From contig JAUCBJ010009092.1 of assembly GCA_032718475.1 (NCBI GenBank), positions 124,001 through 188,000 on the forward strand: a stretch of 64,000 bases of DNA. The letters are read 5' to 3'. Within the stretch, counting starts at the first letter, position 1. Every line of letters begins with the position of its first letter. The DNA is from Nemertoderma westbladi (taxonomy: Eukaryota > Animalia > Xenacoelomorpha). Below the pieces are notes generated by a model. It was not told the origin of the DNA and did no database searches. It saw only the letters and a list, made by a program, of their open reading frames with translations. Of the stretch, positions 29,401 to 45,200 are shown one piece after another. The position numbers and the translations under genes were made by a program.

Positions 29401-32400
29401 CCTCCTGTACTTCCCAATCCGTCTCCCACACCCTCCACAGACCCTCCTGTACTTCCCACTCCGTCTCCCACACTCTCCACAGACCCTCCTGTACTTCCCA
29501 CTCCGTCTCCCACACCCTCCACAGATCCTCCTGTACTTCCCACTCCGTCTCCCACACCCTCCACAGATCCTCCTGTACTTCCCACTCCGTCTCCCACACC
29601 CTCCACAGATCCTCCTGTACTTCCCACTCCGTCTCCCACACCCTCCACAGATCCTCCTGTACTTCCCAATCCGTCTCCCACACCCTCCACAGACCCTCCT
29701 GTACTTCCCACTCCGTCTCCCACACTCTCCACAGACCCTCCTGTACTTCCCACTCCGTCTCCCACACTCTCCACAGACCCTCCTGTACTTCCCACTCCGT
29801 CTCCCACACCCTCCACAGATCCTCCTGTACTTCCCAATCCGTCTCCCACACCCTCCACAGACCCTCCTGTACTTCCCACTCCGTCTCCCACACTCTCCAC
29901 AGACCCTCCTGTACTTCCCACTCCGTCTCCCACACCCTCCACAGACCCTCCTGTACTTCCCACTCCGTCTCCCACACCCTCCACAGACCCTCCTGTACTT
30001 CCCACTCCGTCTCCCACACCCTCCACAGACCCTCCTGTACTTCCCACTCCGTCTCCCACACCCTCCACAGACCCTCCTGTACTTCCCACTCCGTCTCCCA
30101 CACCCTCCACAGACCCTCCTGTACTTCCCACTCCGTCTCCCACACCCTCCACAGACCCTCCTGTACTTCCCACTCCGTCTCCCACACCCTCCACAGACCC
30201 TCCTGTACTTCCCACTCCGTCTCCCACACCCTCCACAGATCCTCCTGTACTTCCCACTCCGTCTCCCACACCCTCCACAGACCCTCCTGTACTTCCCACT
30301 CCGTCTCCCACACCCTCCACAGACCCTCCTGTACTTCCCACTCCGTCTCCCACACCTCCACAGACCCTCCTGTACTTCCCACTCCGTCTCCCACACCCTC
30401 CACAGATCCTCCTGTACTTCCCAATCCGTCTCCCACACCCTCCACAGACCCTCCTGTACTTCCCACTCCGTCTCCCACACCCTCCACAGACCCTCCTGTA
30501 CTTCCCACTCCGTCTCCCACACCCTCCACAGACCCTCCTGTACTTCCCACTCCGTCTCCCACACTCTCCACAGACCCTCCTGTACTTCCCACTCCGTCTC
30601 CCACACCCTCCACAGACCCTCCTGTACTTCCCACTCCGTCTCCCACACCCTCCACAGACCCTCCTGTACTTCCCACTCCGTCTCCCACACTCTCCACAGA
30701 CCCTCCTGTACTTCCCACTCCGTCTCCCACACCCTCCACAGACCCTCCTGTACTTCCCACTCCGTCTCCCACACCCTCCACAGACCCTCCTGTACTTCCC
30801 ACTCCGTCTCCCACACCCTCCACAGATCCTCCTGTACTTCCCACTCCGTCTCCCACACCCTCCACAGACCCTCCTGTACTTCCCACTCCGTCTCCCACAC
30901 CCTCCACAGATCCTCCTGTACTTCCCACTCCGTCTCCCACACCCTCCACAGATCCTCCTGTACTTCCCACTCCGTCTCCCACACCCTCCACAGATCCTCC
31001 TGTACTTCCCACTCCGTCTCTCACACCTCCACAGATCCTCCTGTACTTCCCACTCCGTCTCCCACACCCTCCACAGACCCTCCTGTACTTCCCACTCCGT
31101 CTCCCACACCCTCCACAGACCCTCCTGTACTTCCCACTCCGTCTCCCACACTCTCCACAGACCCTCCTGTACTTCCCACTCCGTCTCCCACACCCTCCAC
31201 AGATCCTCCTGTACTTCCCACTCCGTCTCCCACACCCTCCACAGATCCTCCTGTACTTCCCACTCCGTCTCCCACACCCTCCACAGACCTTCCTGTACTT
31301 CCCACTCCGTCTCCCACACCCTCCACAGACCCTCCTGTACTTCCCACTCCGTCTCCCACACCCTCCACAGACCCTCCTGTACTTCCCACTCCGTCTCCCA
31401 CACCCTCCACAGATCCTCCTGTACTTCCCACTCCGTCTCCCACACCCTCCACAGATCCTCCTGTACTTCCCACTCCGTCTCCCACACCCTCCACAGACCT
31501 TCCTGTACTTCCCACTCCGTCTCCCACACCCTCCACAGACCCTCCTGTACTTCCCACTCCGTCTCCCACACCCTCCACAGACCCTCCTGTACTTCCCACT
31601 CCGTCTCCCACACCCTCCACAGACCCTCCTGTACTTCCCACTCCGTCTCCCACACCCTCCACAGACCCTCCTGTACTTCCCACTCCGTCTCCCACACCCT
31701 CCACAGATCCTCCTGTACTTCCCACTCCGTCTCCCACACCCTCCACAGATCCTCCTGTACTTCCCACTCCGTCTCCCACACCCTCCACAGACCTTCCTGT
31801 ACTTCCCACTCCGTCTCCCACACCCTCCACAGACCCTCCTGTACTTCCCACTCCGTCTCCCACACCCTCCACAGACCCTCCTGTACTTCCCACTCCGTCT
31901 CTCACACCTCCACAGATCCTCCTGTACTTCCCACTCCGTCTCCCACACCCTCCACAGATCCTCCTGTACTTCCCACTCCGTCTCCCACACCCTCCACAGA
32001 TCATCCTGTACTTCCCACTCCGTCTCCCACACCCTCCACAGACCCTCCTGTACTTCCCACTCCGTCTCCCACACCCTCCACAGACCCTCCTGTACTTCCC
32101 ACTCCGTCTCCCACACCCTCCACAGATCATCCTGTACTTCCCACTCCGTCTCCCACACCCTCCACAGACCCTCCTGTACTTCCCACTCCGTCTCCCACAC
32201 CCTCCACAGACCCTCCTGTACTTCCCACTCCGTCTCCCACACCCTCCACAGACCCTCCTGTACTTCCCACTCCGTCTCCCACACCCTCCACAGACCCTCC
32301 TGTACTTCCCACTCCGTCTCCCACACCCTCCACAGATCCTCCTGTACTTCCCACTCCGTCTCCCACACCCTCCACAGACCCTCCTGTACTTCCCACTCCG

Positions 32401-35400
32401 TCTCCCACACCCTCCACAGACCCTCCTGTACTTCCCACTCCGTCTCCCACACCCTCCACAGATCCTCCTGTACTTCCCACTCCGTCTCCCACACCCTCCA
32501 CAGATCCTCCTGTACTTCCCACTCCGTCTCCCACACCCTCCACAGACCCTCCTGTACTTCCCAATCCGTCTCTCACACCTCCACAGATCCTCCTGTACTT
32601 CCCACTCCGTCTCCCACACCCTCCACAGACCCTCCTGTACTTCCCAATCCGTCTCTCACACCTCCACAGATCCTCCTGTACTTCCTACTCCGTCTCCCAC
32701 ACCCTCCACAGATCCTCCTGTACTTCCCACTCCGTCTCCCACACCCTCCACAGACCCTCCTGTACTTCTCACTCCGTCTCCCACACCCTCCACAGACCCT
32801 CCTGTACTTCCCAATCCGTCTCTCACACCTCCACAGATCCTCCTGTACTTCCCACTCCGTCTCCCACACCCTCCACAGACCCTCCTGTACTTCCCAATCC
32901 GTCTCCCACACCCTCCACAGATCCTCCTGTACTTCCCAATCCGTCTCCCACACCCTCCACAGACCCTCCTGCACTTCCCAATCCGTCTCTCACACCTCCA
33001 CAGATCCTCCTGTACTTCCTACTCCGTCTCCCACACCCTCAACAGATCCTCCTGTACTTCCCACTCCGTCTCCCACACCCTCCACAGACCCTCCTGTACT
33101 TCCCAATCCGTCTCCCACACCCTCCACAGATCCTCCTGTACTTCCTACTCCGTCTCCCACACCCTCCACAGATCCTCCTGTACTTCCCACTCCGTCTCCC
33201 ACACCCTCCACAGACCCTCCTGTACTTCCCAATCCGTCTCCCACACCCTCCACAGATCCTCCTGTACTTCCCACTCCGTCTCCCACACCTCCACAGATCC
33301 TCCTGTACTTCCCACTCCGTCTCCCACACCCTCCACAGACCCTCCTGTACTTCCCACTCCGTCTCCCACACCCTCCACAGACCCTCCTGTACTTCCCACT
33401 CCGTCTCCCACACCCTCCACAGATCATCCTGTACTTCCCACTCCGTCTCTCACACCTCCACAGATCCTCCTGTACTTCCCACTCCGTCTCCCACACCCTC
33501 CACAGATCCTCCTGTACTTCCCACTCCGTCTCCCACACCCTCCACAGACCCTCCTGTACTTCCCACTCCGTCTCCCACACCCTCCACAGACCCTCCTGTA
33601 CTTCCCACTCCGTCTCCCACACCCTCCACAGATCCTCCTGTACTTCCCACTCCGTCTCCCACACCCTCCACAGATCCTCCTGTACTTCCCACTCCGTCTC
33701 CCACACCCTCCACAGACCCTCCTGTACTTCCCACTCCGTCTCCCACACCCTCCACAGACCCTCCTGTACTTCCCAATCCGTCTCCCACACCCTCCACAGA
33801 TCCTCCTGTACTTCCCACTCCGTCTCCCACACCCTCCACAGACCCTCCTGTACTTCCCAATCCGTCTCCCACACCCTCCACAGATCCTCCTGTACTTCCC
33901 ACTCCGTCTCCCACACCCTCCACAGATCCTCCTGCACTTCCCACTCCGTCTCCCACACCCTCCACAGATCCTCCTGTACTTCCCACTCCGTCTCCCACAC
34001 CCTCCACAGATCCTCCTGTACTTCCCACTCCGTCTCCCACACCCTCCACAGACCTTCCTGTACTTCCCACTCCGTCTCCCACACCCTCCACAGATCCTCC
34101 TGTACTTCCCACTCCGTCTCCCACACCCTCCACAGACCCTCCTGCACTTCCCACTCCGTCTCCCACACCCTCCACAGACCCTCCTGTACTTCCCACTCCG
34201 TCTCCCACACTCTCCACAGATCCTCCTGTACTTCCCACTCCGTCTCCCACACCCTCCACAGACCCTCCTGTACTTCCCACTCCGTCTCCCACACCCTCCA
34301 CAGACCCTCCTGTACTTCCCACTCCGTCTCCCACACCCTCCACAGACCCTCCTGTACTTCCCACTCCGTCTCCCACACCCTCCACAGATCATCCTGTACT
34401 TCCCACTCCGTCTCCCACACCCTCCACAGACCCTCCTGTACTTCCCACTCCGTCTCCCACACCCTCCACAGACCCTCCTGTACTTCCCACTCCGTCTCCC
34501 ACACCCTCCACAGACCCTCCTGTACTTCCCACTCCGTCTCCCACACCCTCCACAGACCCTCCTGTACTTCCCACTCCGTCTCCCACACCTCCACAGATCC
34601 TCCTGTACTTCCCACTCCGTCTCCCACACCCTCCACAGATCCTCCTGTACTTCCCACTCCGTCTCCCACACCCTCCACAGACCCTCCTGTACTTCCCACT
34701 CCGTCTCCCACACCCTCCACAGATCCTCCTGTACTTCCCAATCCGTCTCCCACACCTCCACAGATCCTCCTGTACTTCCCACTCCGTCTCCCACACCCTC
34801 CACAGACCCTCCTGTACTTCCCAATCCGTCTCCCACACCCTCCACAGATCCTCCTGTACTTCCCAATCCGTCTCCCACACCCTCCACAGACCCTCCTGTA
34901 CTTCCCACTCCGTCTCCCACACCCTCCACAGATCCTCCTGTACTTCCCATTCCGTCTCCCACACCCTCCACAGATCCTCCTGTACTTCCCAATCCGTCTC
35001 CCACACCCTCCACAGACCCTCCTGTACTTCCCACTCCGTCTCCCACACTCTCCACAGACCCTCCTGTACTTCCCACTCCGTCTCCCACACCCTCCACAGA
35101 TCCTCCTGTACTTCCCACTCCGTCTCCCACACCCTCCACAGATCCTCCTGTACTTCCCACTCCGTCTCCCACACTCTCCACAGACCCTCCTGTACTTCCC
35201 AATCCGTCTCTCACACTCTCCACAGACCCTCCTGTACTTCCCACTCCGTCTCCCACACCCTCCACAGATCCTCCTGTACTTCCCACTCCTTCTCCCACAC
35301 CCTCCACAGACCTTCCTGTACTTCCCACTCCGTCTCCCACACCTCCACAGATCCTCCTGTACTTCCCGCTCCGTCTCTCACACCTCCACAGACCCTCCTG

Positions 35401-38400
35401 CACTTCCCACTCCGTCTCCCACACCCTCCACAGATCCTCCTGTACTTCCCATTCCGTCTCCCACACCCTCCACAGATCCTCCTGTACTTCCCAATCCGTC
35501 TCCCACACCCTCCACAGACCCTCCTGCACTTCCCACTCCGTCTCCCACACTCTCCACAGACCCTCCTGTACTTCCCACTCCGTCTCCCACACTCTCCACA
35601 GACCCTCCTGCACTTCCCACTCCGTCTCCCACACCCTCCACAGATCATCCTGCACTTCCCACTCCGTCTCCCACACTCTCCACAGACCCTCCTGTACTTC
35701 CCAATCCGTCTCTCACACTCTCCACAGACCCTCCTGTACTTCCCACTCCGTCTCCCACACCCTCCACAGATCCTGCTGTACTTCCCACTCCGTCTCCCAC
35801 ACCCTCCACAGATCCTCCTGTACTTCCCACTCCGTCTCCCACACCCTCCACAGATCCTCCTGTACTTCCCACTCCGTCTCCCACACCCTCCACAGATCCT
35901 CCTGTACTTCCCACTCCGTCTCTCACACCTCCACAGATCCTCCTGTACTTCCCACTCCGTCTCTCACACTCTCCACAGACCCTCCTGTACTTCCCACTCC
36001 GTCTCCCACACCCTCCACAGATCCTCCTGTACTTCCCACTCCGTCTCCCACACCCTCCACAGATCCTCCTGTACTTCCCACTCCGTCTCTCACACCTCCA
36101 CAGATCCTCCTGTACTTCCCACTCCGTCTCTCACACTCTCCACAGACCCTCCTGTACTTCCCACTCCGTCTCCCACACCCTCCACAGATCCTCCTGTACT
36201 TCCCACTCCTTCTCCCACACCCTCCACAGACCTTCCTGTACTTTCCACTCCGTCTCCCACACCTCCACAGATCCTCCTGTACTTCCCGCTCCGTCTCCCA
36301 CACCTCCACAGATCCTCCTGTACTTCCCAATCCGTCTCCCACACCCTCCACAGATCCTCCTGTACTTCCCAATCCGTCTCCCACACCTCCACAGATCCTC
36401 CCGTACTTCCCACTCCGTCTCCCACACCTCCACAGACCCTCCCGTACTTCCCACTCCGTCTCCCACACCTCCACAGACCCTCCTGTACTTCCCACTCCGT
36501 CTCCCACACCCTCCACAGATCCTCCTGTACTTCCCAATCCGTCTCCCACACCCTCCACAGACCCTCCTGCACTTCCCACTCCGTCTCCCACACTCTCCAC
36601 AGATCCTCCTGTACTTCCCACTCCGTCTCTCACACCTCCACAGATCCTCCCGTACTTCCCACTCCGTCTCCCACACCCTCCACAGACCCTCCTGTACTTC
36701 CCACTCCGTCTCCCACACCCTCCACAGACCCTCCTGTACTTCCCACTCCGTCTCTCACACCTCCACAGATCCTCCCGTACTTCCCACTCCGTCTCTCACA
36801 CCTCCACAGACCCTCCTGTACTTCCCACTCCGTCTCCCACACCCTCCACAGACCCTCCTGTACTTCCCACTCCGTCTCCCACACTCTCCACAGATCCTCC
36901 TGTACTTCCCACTCCGTCTCTCACACCTCCACAGATCCTCCCGTACTTCCCACTCCGTCTCCCACACCCTCCACAGACCCTCCTGTACTTCCCACTCCGT
37001 CTCCCACACTCTCCACAGATCCTCCTGTACTTCCCACTCCGTCTCTCACACCTCCACAGATCCTCCCGTACTTCCCACTCCGTCTCCCACACCCTCCACA
37101 GACCCTCCCGTACTTCCCACTCCGTCTCCCACACCTCCACAGACCCTCCTGTACTTCCCACTCCGTCTCCCACACCCTCCACAGATCCTCCTGTACTTCC
37201 CAATCCGTCTCCCACACCCTCCACAGACCCTCCTGCACTTCCCACTCCGTCTCCCACACCCTCCACAGATCATCCTGTACTTCCCACTCCGTCTCCCACA
37301 CCCTCCACAGACCCTCCTGTACTTCCCACTCCGTCTCCCACACCCTCCACAGACCCTCCTGTACTTCCCACTCCGTCTCCCACACCCTCCACAGACCCTC
37401 CTGTACTTCCCACTCCGTCTCCCACACCCTCCACAGATCCTCCTGTACTTCCCAATCCGTCTCCCACACCCTCCACAGACCCTCCTGTACTTCCCACTCC
37501 GTCTCCCACACCCTCCACAGATCCTCCTGTACTTCCCACTCCGTCTCCCACACCCTCCACAGATCCTCCTGTACTTCCCACTCCGTCTCCCACACCTCCA
37601 CAGACCCTCCTGTACTTCCCACTCCGTCTCCCACACCCTCCACAGATCCTCCTGTACTTCCCAATCCGTCTCCCACACCCTCCACAGACCCTCCTGTACT
37701 TCCCACTCCGTCTCCCACACCCTCCACAGATCCTCCTGTACTTCCCACTCCGTCTCTCACACCTCCACAGATCCTCCTGTACTTCCCACTCCGTCTCCCA
37801 CACCCTCCACAGACCCTCCCGTACTTCCCACTCCGTCTCCCACACCCTCCACAGATCCTCCTGTACTTCCCACTCCGTCTCCCACACCCTCCACAGATCC
37901 TCCTGTACTTCCCAATCCGTCTCCCACACCCTCCACAGACCCTCCTGTACTTCCCACTCCGTCTCCCACACTCTCCACAGATCCTCCTGTACTTCCCACT
38001 CCGTCTCTCACACCTCCACAGATCCTCCTGTACTTCCCACTCCGTCTCCCACACCTCCACAGACCCTCCTGTACTTCCCAATCCGTCTCCCACACCCTCC
38101 ACAGACCCTCCTGTACTTCCCACTCCGTCTCCCACACCCTCCACAGATCATCCTGTACTTCCCACTCCGTCTCCCACACCCTCCACAGACCCTCCTGTAC
38201 TTCCCAATCCGTCTCCCACACCCTCCACAGATCCTCCTGTACTTCCCACTCCGTCTCCCACACCTCCACAGACCCTCCTGTACTTCCCACTCCGTCTCCC
38301 ACACCCTCCACAGATCCTCCTGTACTTCCCAATCCGTCTCCCACACCCTCCACAGACCCTCCTGTACTTCCCACTCCGTCTCCCACACCCTCCACAGATC

Positions 38401-39419
38401 CTCCCGTACTTCCCACTCCGTCTCCCACACCTCCACAGACCCTCCTGTACTTCCCACTCCGTCTCCCACACCCTCCACAGATCCTCCTGTACTTCCCAAT
38501 CCGTCTCCCACACCCTCCACAGACCCTCCTGCACTTCCCACTCCGTCTCCCACACTCTCCACAGATCCTCCTGTACTTCCCACTCCGTCTCTCACACCTC
38601 CACAGATCCTCCCGTACTTCCCAATCCGTCTCCCACACCCTCCACAGACCCTCCTGCACTTCCCACTCCGTCTCCCACACCCTCCACAGATCATCCTGTA
38701 CTTCCCACTCCGTCTCCCACACCCTCCACAGACCCTCCTGTACTTCCCAATCCGTCTCCCACACCCTCCACAGATCCTCCCGTACTTCCCACTCCGTCTC
38801 CCACACCTCCACAGACCCTCCTGTACTTCCCACTCCGTCTCCCACACCCTCCACAGACCCTCCTGTACTTCCCAATCCGTCTCCCACACCCTCCACAGAT
38901 CCTCCTGTACTTCCCACTCCGTCTCCCACACCTCCACAGACCCTCCTGTACTTCCCACTCCGTCTCCCACACCCTCCACAGATCCTCCTGTACTTCCCAA
39001 TCCGTCTCCCACACCCTCCACAGACCCTCCTGTACTTCCCACTCCGTCTCCCACACCCTCCACAGATCCTCCTGTACTTCCCACTCCGTCTCCCACACCC
39101 TCCACAGATCCTCCTGTACTTCCCACTCCGTCTCCCACACCCTCCACAGACCCTCCTGTACTTCCCACTCCGTCTCCCACACCCTCCACAGATCCTCCTG
39201 TACTTCCCACTCCGTCTCCCACACCCTCCACAGATCCTCCTGTACTTCCCAATCCGTCTCCCACACCCTCCACAGACCCTCCTGTACTTCCCACTCCGTC
39301 TCCCACACTCTCCACAGATCCTCCTGTACTTCCCACTCCGTCTCCCACACCTCCACAGATCCTCCTGTACTTCCCACTCCGTCTCCCACACCCTCCACAG
39401 ACCCTCCTGTACTTCCCAC

Positions 39420-42230
39420 TCCGTCTCCCACACTCTCCACAGATCCTCCTGTACTTCCCACTCCGTCTCTCACACCTCCACAGATCCTCCCGTACTTCCC
39501 ACTCCGTCTCCCACACCCTCCACAGACCCTCCTGTACTTCCCACTCCGTCTCCCACACTCTCCACAGACCCTCCTGTACTTCCCACTCCGTCTCCCACAC
39601 CTCCACAGATCCTCCTGTACTTCCCAATCCGTCTCCCACACCCTCCACAGACCCTCCTGTACTTCCCACTCCGTCTCCCACACCCTCCACAGACCCTCCT
39701 GTACTTCCCACTCCGTCTCCCACACTCTCCACAGACCCTCCTGTACTTCCCAATCCGTCTCTCACACTCTCCACAGACCCTCCTGTACTTCCCACTCCGT
39801 CTCCCACACCCTCCACAGACCCTCCTGTACTTCCCACTCCGTCTCCCACACTCTCCACAGACCCTCCTGTACTTCCCACTCCGTCTCCCACACCCTCCAC
39901 AGACCCTCCTGTACTTCCCACTCCGTCTCCCACACTCTCCACAGACCCTCCTGTACTTCCCACTCCGTCTCCCACACTCTCCACAGACCCTCCTGTACTT
40001 CCCACTCCGTCTCCCACACCCTCCACAGACCCTCCTGTACTTCCCACTCCGTCTCCCACACCCTCCACAGACCCTCCTGTACTTCCCACTCCGTCTCCCA
40101 CACCCTCCACAGATCCTCCTGTACTTCCCACTCCGTCTCCCACACTCTCCACAGACCCTCCTGTACTTCCCACTCCGTCTCCCACACTCTCCACAGACCC
40201 TCCTGTACTTCCCACTCCGTCTCTCACACCTCCACAGATCCTCCTGTACTTCCCACTCCGTCTCCCACACCCTCCACAGACCCTCCTGTACTTCCCACTC
40301 CGTCTCTCACACCTCCACAGATCCTCCTGTACTTCCCACTCCGTCTCCCACACCCTCCACAGACCCTCCTGTACTTCCCACTCCGTCTCCCACACTCTCC
40401 ACAGACCCTCCTGTACTTCCCACTCCGTCTCTCACACCTCCACAGATCCTCCTGTACTTCCCACTCCGTCTCCCACACCCTCCACAGATCCTCCTGTACT
40501 TCCCACTCCGTCTCCCACACCCTCCACAGACCCTCCTGTACTTCCCACTCCGTCTCCCACACTCTCCACAGATCCTCCTGTACTTCCCACTCCGTCTCCC
40601 ACACTCTCCACAGACCCTCCTGTACTTCCCACTCCGTCTCCCACACCCTCCACAGATCCTCCTGTACTTCCCACTCCGTCTCCCACACCCTCCACAGACC
40701 CTCCTGTACTTCCCACTCCGTCTCTCACACCTCCACAGATCCTCCTGTACTTCCCACTCCGTCTCCCACACCCTCCACAGACCCTCCTGTACTTCCCACT
40801 CCGTCTCCCACACACTCCACAGATCCTCCCGTACTTCCCACTCCGTCTCCCACACCTCCACAGACCCTCCTGTACTTCCCACTCCGTCTCCCACACCCTC
40901 CACAGATCCTCCTGTACTTCCCAATCCGTCTCCCACACCCTCCACAGACCCTCCTGCACTTCCCACTCCGTCTCCCACACTCTCCACAGATCCTCCTGTA
41001 CTTCCCACTCCGTCTCTCACACCTCCACAGATCCTCCCGTACTTCCCACTCCGTCTCCCACACCCTCCACAGACCCTCCTGCACTTCCCACTCCGTCTCC
41101 CACACCCTCCACAGATCATCCTGTACTTCCCACTCCGTCTCCCACACCCTCCACAGACCCTCCTGTACTTCCCAATCCGTCTCCCACACCCTCCACAGAT
41201 CCTCCTGTACTTCCCGCTCCGTCTCCCACACTCTCCACAGATCCTCCTGTACTTCCCACTCCGTCTCTCACACCTCCACAGATCCTCCCGTACTTCCCAC
41301 TCCGTCTCCCACACCCTCCACAGACCCTCCTGTACTTCCCACTCCGTCTCCCACACTCTCCACAGACCCTCCTGTACTTCCCACTCCGTCTCCCACACCT
41401 CCACAGATCCTCCTGTACTTCCCAATCCGTCTCCCACACCCTCCACAGACCCTCCTGTACTTCCCACTCCGTCTCCCACACCCTCCACAGACCCTCCTGT
41501 ACTTCCCACTCCGTCTCCCACACTCTCCACAGACCCTCCTGTACTTCCCAATCCGTCTCTCACACTCTCCACAGACCCTCCTGTACTTCCCACTCCGTCT
41601 CCCACACCCTCCACAGACCCTCCTGTACTTCCCACTCCGTCTCCCACACTCTCCACAGACCCTCCTGTACTTCCCACTCCGTCTCCCACACCCTCCACAG
41701 ACCCTCCTGTACTTCCCACTCCGTCTCCCACACTCTCCACAGACCCTCCTGTACTTCCCACTCCGTCTCCCACACTCTCCACAGACCCTCCTGTACTTCC
41801 CACTCCGTCTCCCACACCCTCCACAGACCCTCCTGTACTTCCCACTCCGTCTCCCACACCCTCCACAGACCCTCCTGTACTTCCCACTCCGTCTCCCACA
41901 CCCTCCACAGATCCTCCTGTACTTCCCACTCCGTCTCCCACACTCTCCACAGACCCTCCTGTACTTCCCACTCCGTCTCCCACACTCTCCACAGACCCTC
42001 CTGTACTTCCCACTCCGTCTCTCACACCTCCACAGATCCTCCTGTACTTCCCACTCCGTCTCCCACACCCTCCACAGACCCTCCTGTACTTCCCACTCCG
42101 TCTCTCACACCTCCACAGATCCTCCTGTACTTCCCACTCCGTCTCCCACACTCTCCACAGACCCTCCTGTACTTCCCACTCCGTCTCCCACACTCTCCAC
42201 AGACCCTCCTGTACTTCCCACTCCGTCTCT
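39420..42230 (+). repeat. Higher-order duplication within the satellite, offset 1798 bp; boundaries approximate
   Basis: Identical translated variant strings at 39470..40270 vs 41268..42068 and at 39762..40187 vs 41560..41985, both offset by 1798. Confidence 0.85.
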
Positions 42231-45200
42231 CACACCTCCACAGATCCTCCTGTACTTCCCACTCCGTCTCCCACACCCTCCACAGATCCTCCTGTACTTC
42301 CCACTCCGTCTCCCACACTCTCCACAGACCCTCCTGTACTTCCCACTCCGTCTCCCACACTCTCCACAGACCCTCCTGTACTTCCCACTCCGTCTCCCAC
42401 ACTCTCCACAGACCCTCCTGTACTTCCCACTCCGTCTCTCACACCCTCCACAGATCCTCCTGTACTTCCCACTCCGTCTCCCACACCCTCCACAGATCCT
42501 CCTGTACTTCCCACTCCGTCTCCCACACCCTCCACAGATCCTCCTGTACTTCCCACTCCGTCTCCCACACACTCCACAGATCCTCCTGTACTTCCCACTC
42601 CGTCTCCCACACCCTCCACAGATCCTCCTGTACTTCCCACTCCGTCTCCCACACCCTCCACAGATCCTCCTGTACTTCCCACTCCGTCTCCCACACCTCC
42701 ACAGATCCTCCTGTACTTCCCACTCCGTCTCCCACACCTCCACAGATCCTCCTGTACTTCCCACTCCGTCTCCCACACCCTCCACAGATCCTCCTGTACT
42801 TCCCACTCCGTCTCCCACACCTCCACAGATCCTCCTGTACTTCCCACTCCGTCTCCCACACCCTCCACAGATCCTCCTGTACTTCTCACTCCGTCTCCCA
42901 CACCCTCCACAGACCTTCCTGTACTTCCCACTCCGTCTCCCACACCCTCAACAGATCCTCCTGTACTTCCCACTCCGTCTCCCACACCTCCACAGATCCT
43001 CCTGTACTTTCCACTCCGTTTCCCACACCCTCCACAGATCCTCCTGTACTTCTCACTCCGTCTCCCACACCCTCCACAGATCATCCTGTATTTCCCACTC
43101 CGTCTCCCACACCTCCACAGATCCTCCTGTACTTCCCACTCCGTCTCTCACACCTCCACAGATCCTCCTGTACTTCCCACTCCGTCTCCCACACCCTCCA
43201 CAGATCATCCTGTATTTCCCACTCCGTCTCCCACACCTCCACAGATCCTCCTGTACTTCCCACTCCGTCTCCCACACCCTCCACAGACCCTCCTGTACTT
43301 CCCACTCCGTCTCTCACACCTCCACAGATCCTCCCGTACTTCCCACTCCGTCTCTCACACCTCCACAGACCCTCCTGTACTTCCCACTCCGTCTCCCACA
43401 CCCTCCACAGACCCTCCTGTACTTCCCACTCCGTCTCCCACACTCTCCACAGATCCTCCTGTACTTCCCACTCCGTCTCTCACACCTCCACAGATCCTCC
43501 TGTACTTCCCACTCCGTCTCCCACACCTCCACAGATCCTCCTGTACTTCCCACTCCGTCTCCCACACCCTCCACAGATCATCCTGTACTTCCCACTCCGT
43601 CTCCCACACCTCCACAGATCCTCCTGTACTTCCCACTCCGTCTCCCACACCCTCCACAGATCATCCTGTATTTCCCACTCCGTCTCCCACACCTCCACAG
43701 ATCCTCCTGTACTTCCCACTCCGTCTCTCACACCTCCACAGATCCTCCTGTACTTCCCACTCCGTCTCCCACACCCTCCACAGATCATCCTGTATTTCCC
43801 ACTCCGTCTCCCACACCTCCACAGATCCTCCTGTACTTCCCACTCCGTCTCCCACACCCTCCACAGATCCTCCTGTACTTCCCACTCCGTCTCCCACACC
43901 CTCCACAGATCATCCTGTATTTCCCACTCCGTCTCCCACACCTCCACAGATCCTCCTGTACTTCCCACTCCGTCTCTCACACTCTCCACAGACCCTCCTG
44001 TACTTCCCACTCCGTCTCCCACACCCTCCACAGACCCTCCTGTACTTCCCACTCCGTCTCCCACACCCTCCACAGATCATCCTGTACTTCCCACTCCGTC
44101 TCCCACACTCTCCACAGACCCTCCTGTACTTCCCAATCCGTCTCTCACACCTCCACAGATCCTCCCGTACTTCCCACTCCGTCTCCCACACCCTCCACAG
44201 ACCCTCCCGTACTTCCCACTCCGTCTCCCACACCCTCCACAGACCCTCCTGTACTTCCCACTCCGTCTCTCACACCTCCACAGATCCTCCCGTACTTCCC
44301 ACTCCGTCTCCCACACCCTCCACAGACCCTCCCGTACTTCCCACTCCGTCTCCCACACCCTCCACAGACCCTCCTGTACTTCCCACTCCGTCTCCCACAC
44401 CCTCCACAGATCATCCTGTACTTCCCACTCCGTCTCCCACACCTCCACAGATCCTCCTGTACTTCCCACTCCGTCTCCCACACCCTCCACAGACCCTCCC
44501 GTACTTCCCACTCCGTCTCCCACACCCTCCACAGACCCTCCTGTACTTCCCACTCCGTCTCCCACACCCTCCACAGATCCTCCTGTACTTCCCACTCCGT
44601 CTCTCACACCTCCACAGATCCTCCCGTACTTCCCACTCCGTCTCCCACACCCTCCACAGACCCTCCCGTACTTCCCACTCCGTCTCCCACACCCTCCACA
44701 GACCCTCCTGTACTTCCCACTCCGTCTCCCACACCCTCCACAGATCATCCCGTACTTCCCACTCCGTCTCCCACACCCTCCACAGACCCTCCTGTACTTC
44801 CCACTCCGTCTCCCACACCCTCCACAGATCATCCTGTACTTCCCACTCCGTCTCCCACACCCTCCACAGACCCTCCTGTACTTCCCACTCCGTCTCCCAC
44901 ACCCTCCACAGATCCTCCTGTACTTCCCACTCCGTCTCTCACACCTCCACAGATCCTCCCGTACTTCCCACTCCGTCTCCCACACCCTCCACAGACCCTC
45001 CCGTACTTCCCACTCCGTCTCCCACACCCTCCACAGACCCTCCTGTACTTCCCACTCCGTCTCCCACACCCTCCACAGATCATCCTGTACTTCCCACTCC
45101 GTCTCCCACACCCTCCACAGATCCTCCTGTACTTCCCACTCCGTCTCCCACACCCTCCACAGATCATCCTGTATTTCCCACTCCGTCTCCCACACCTCCA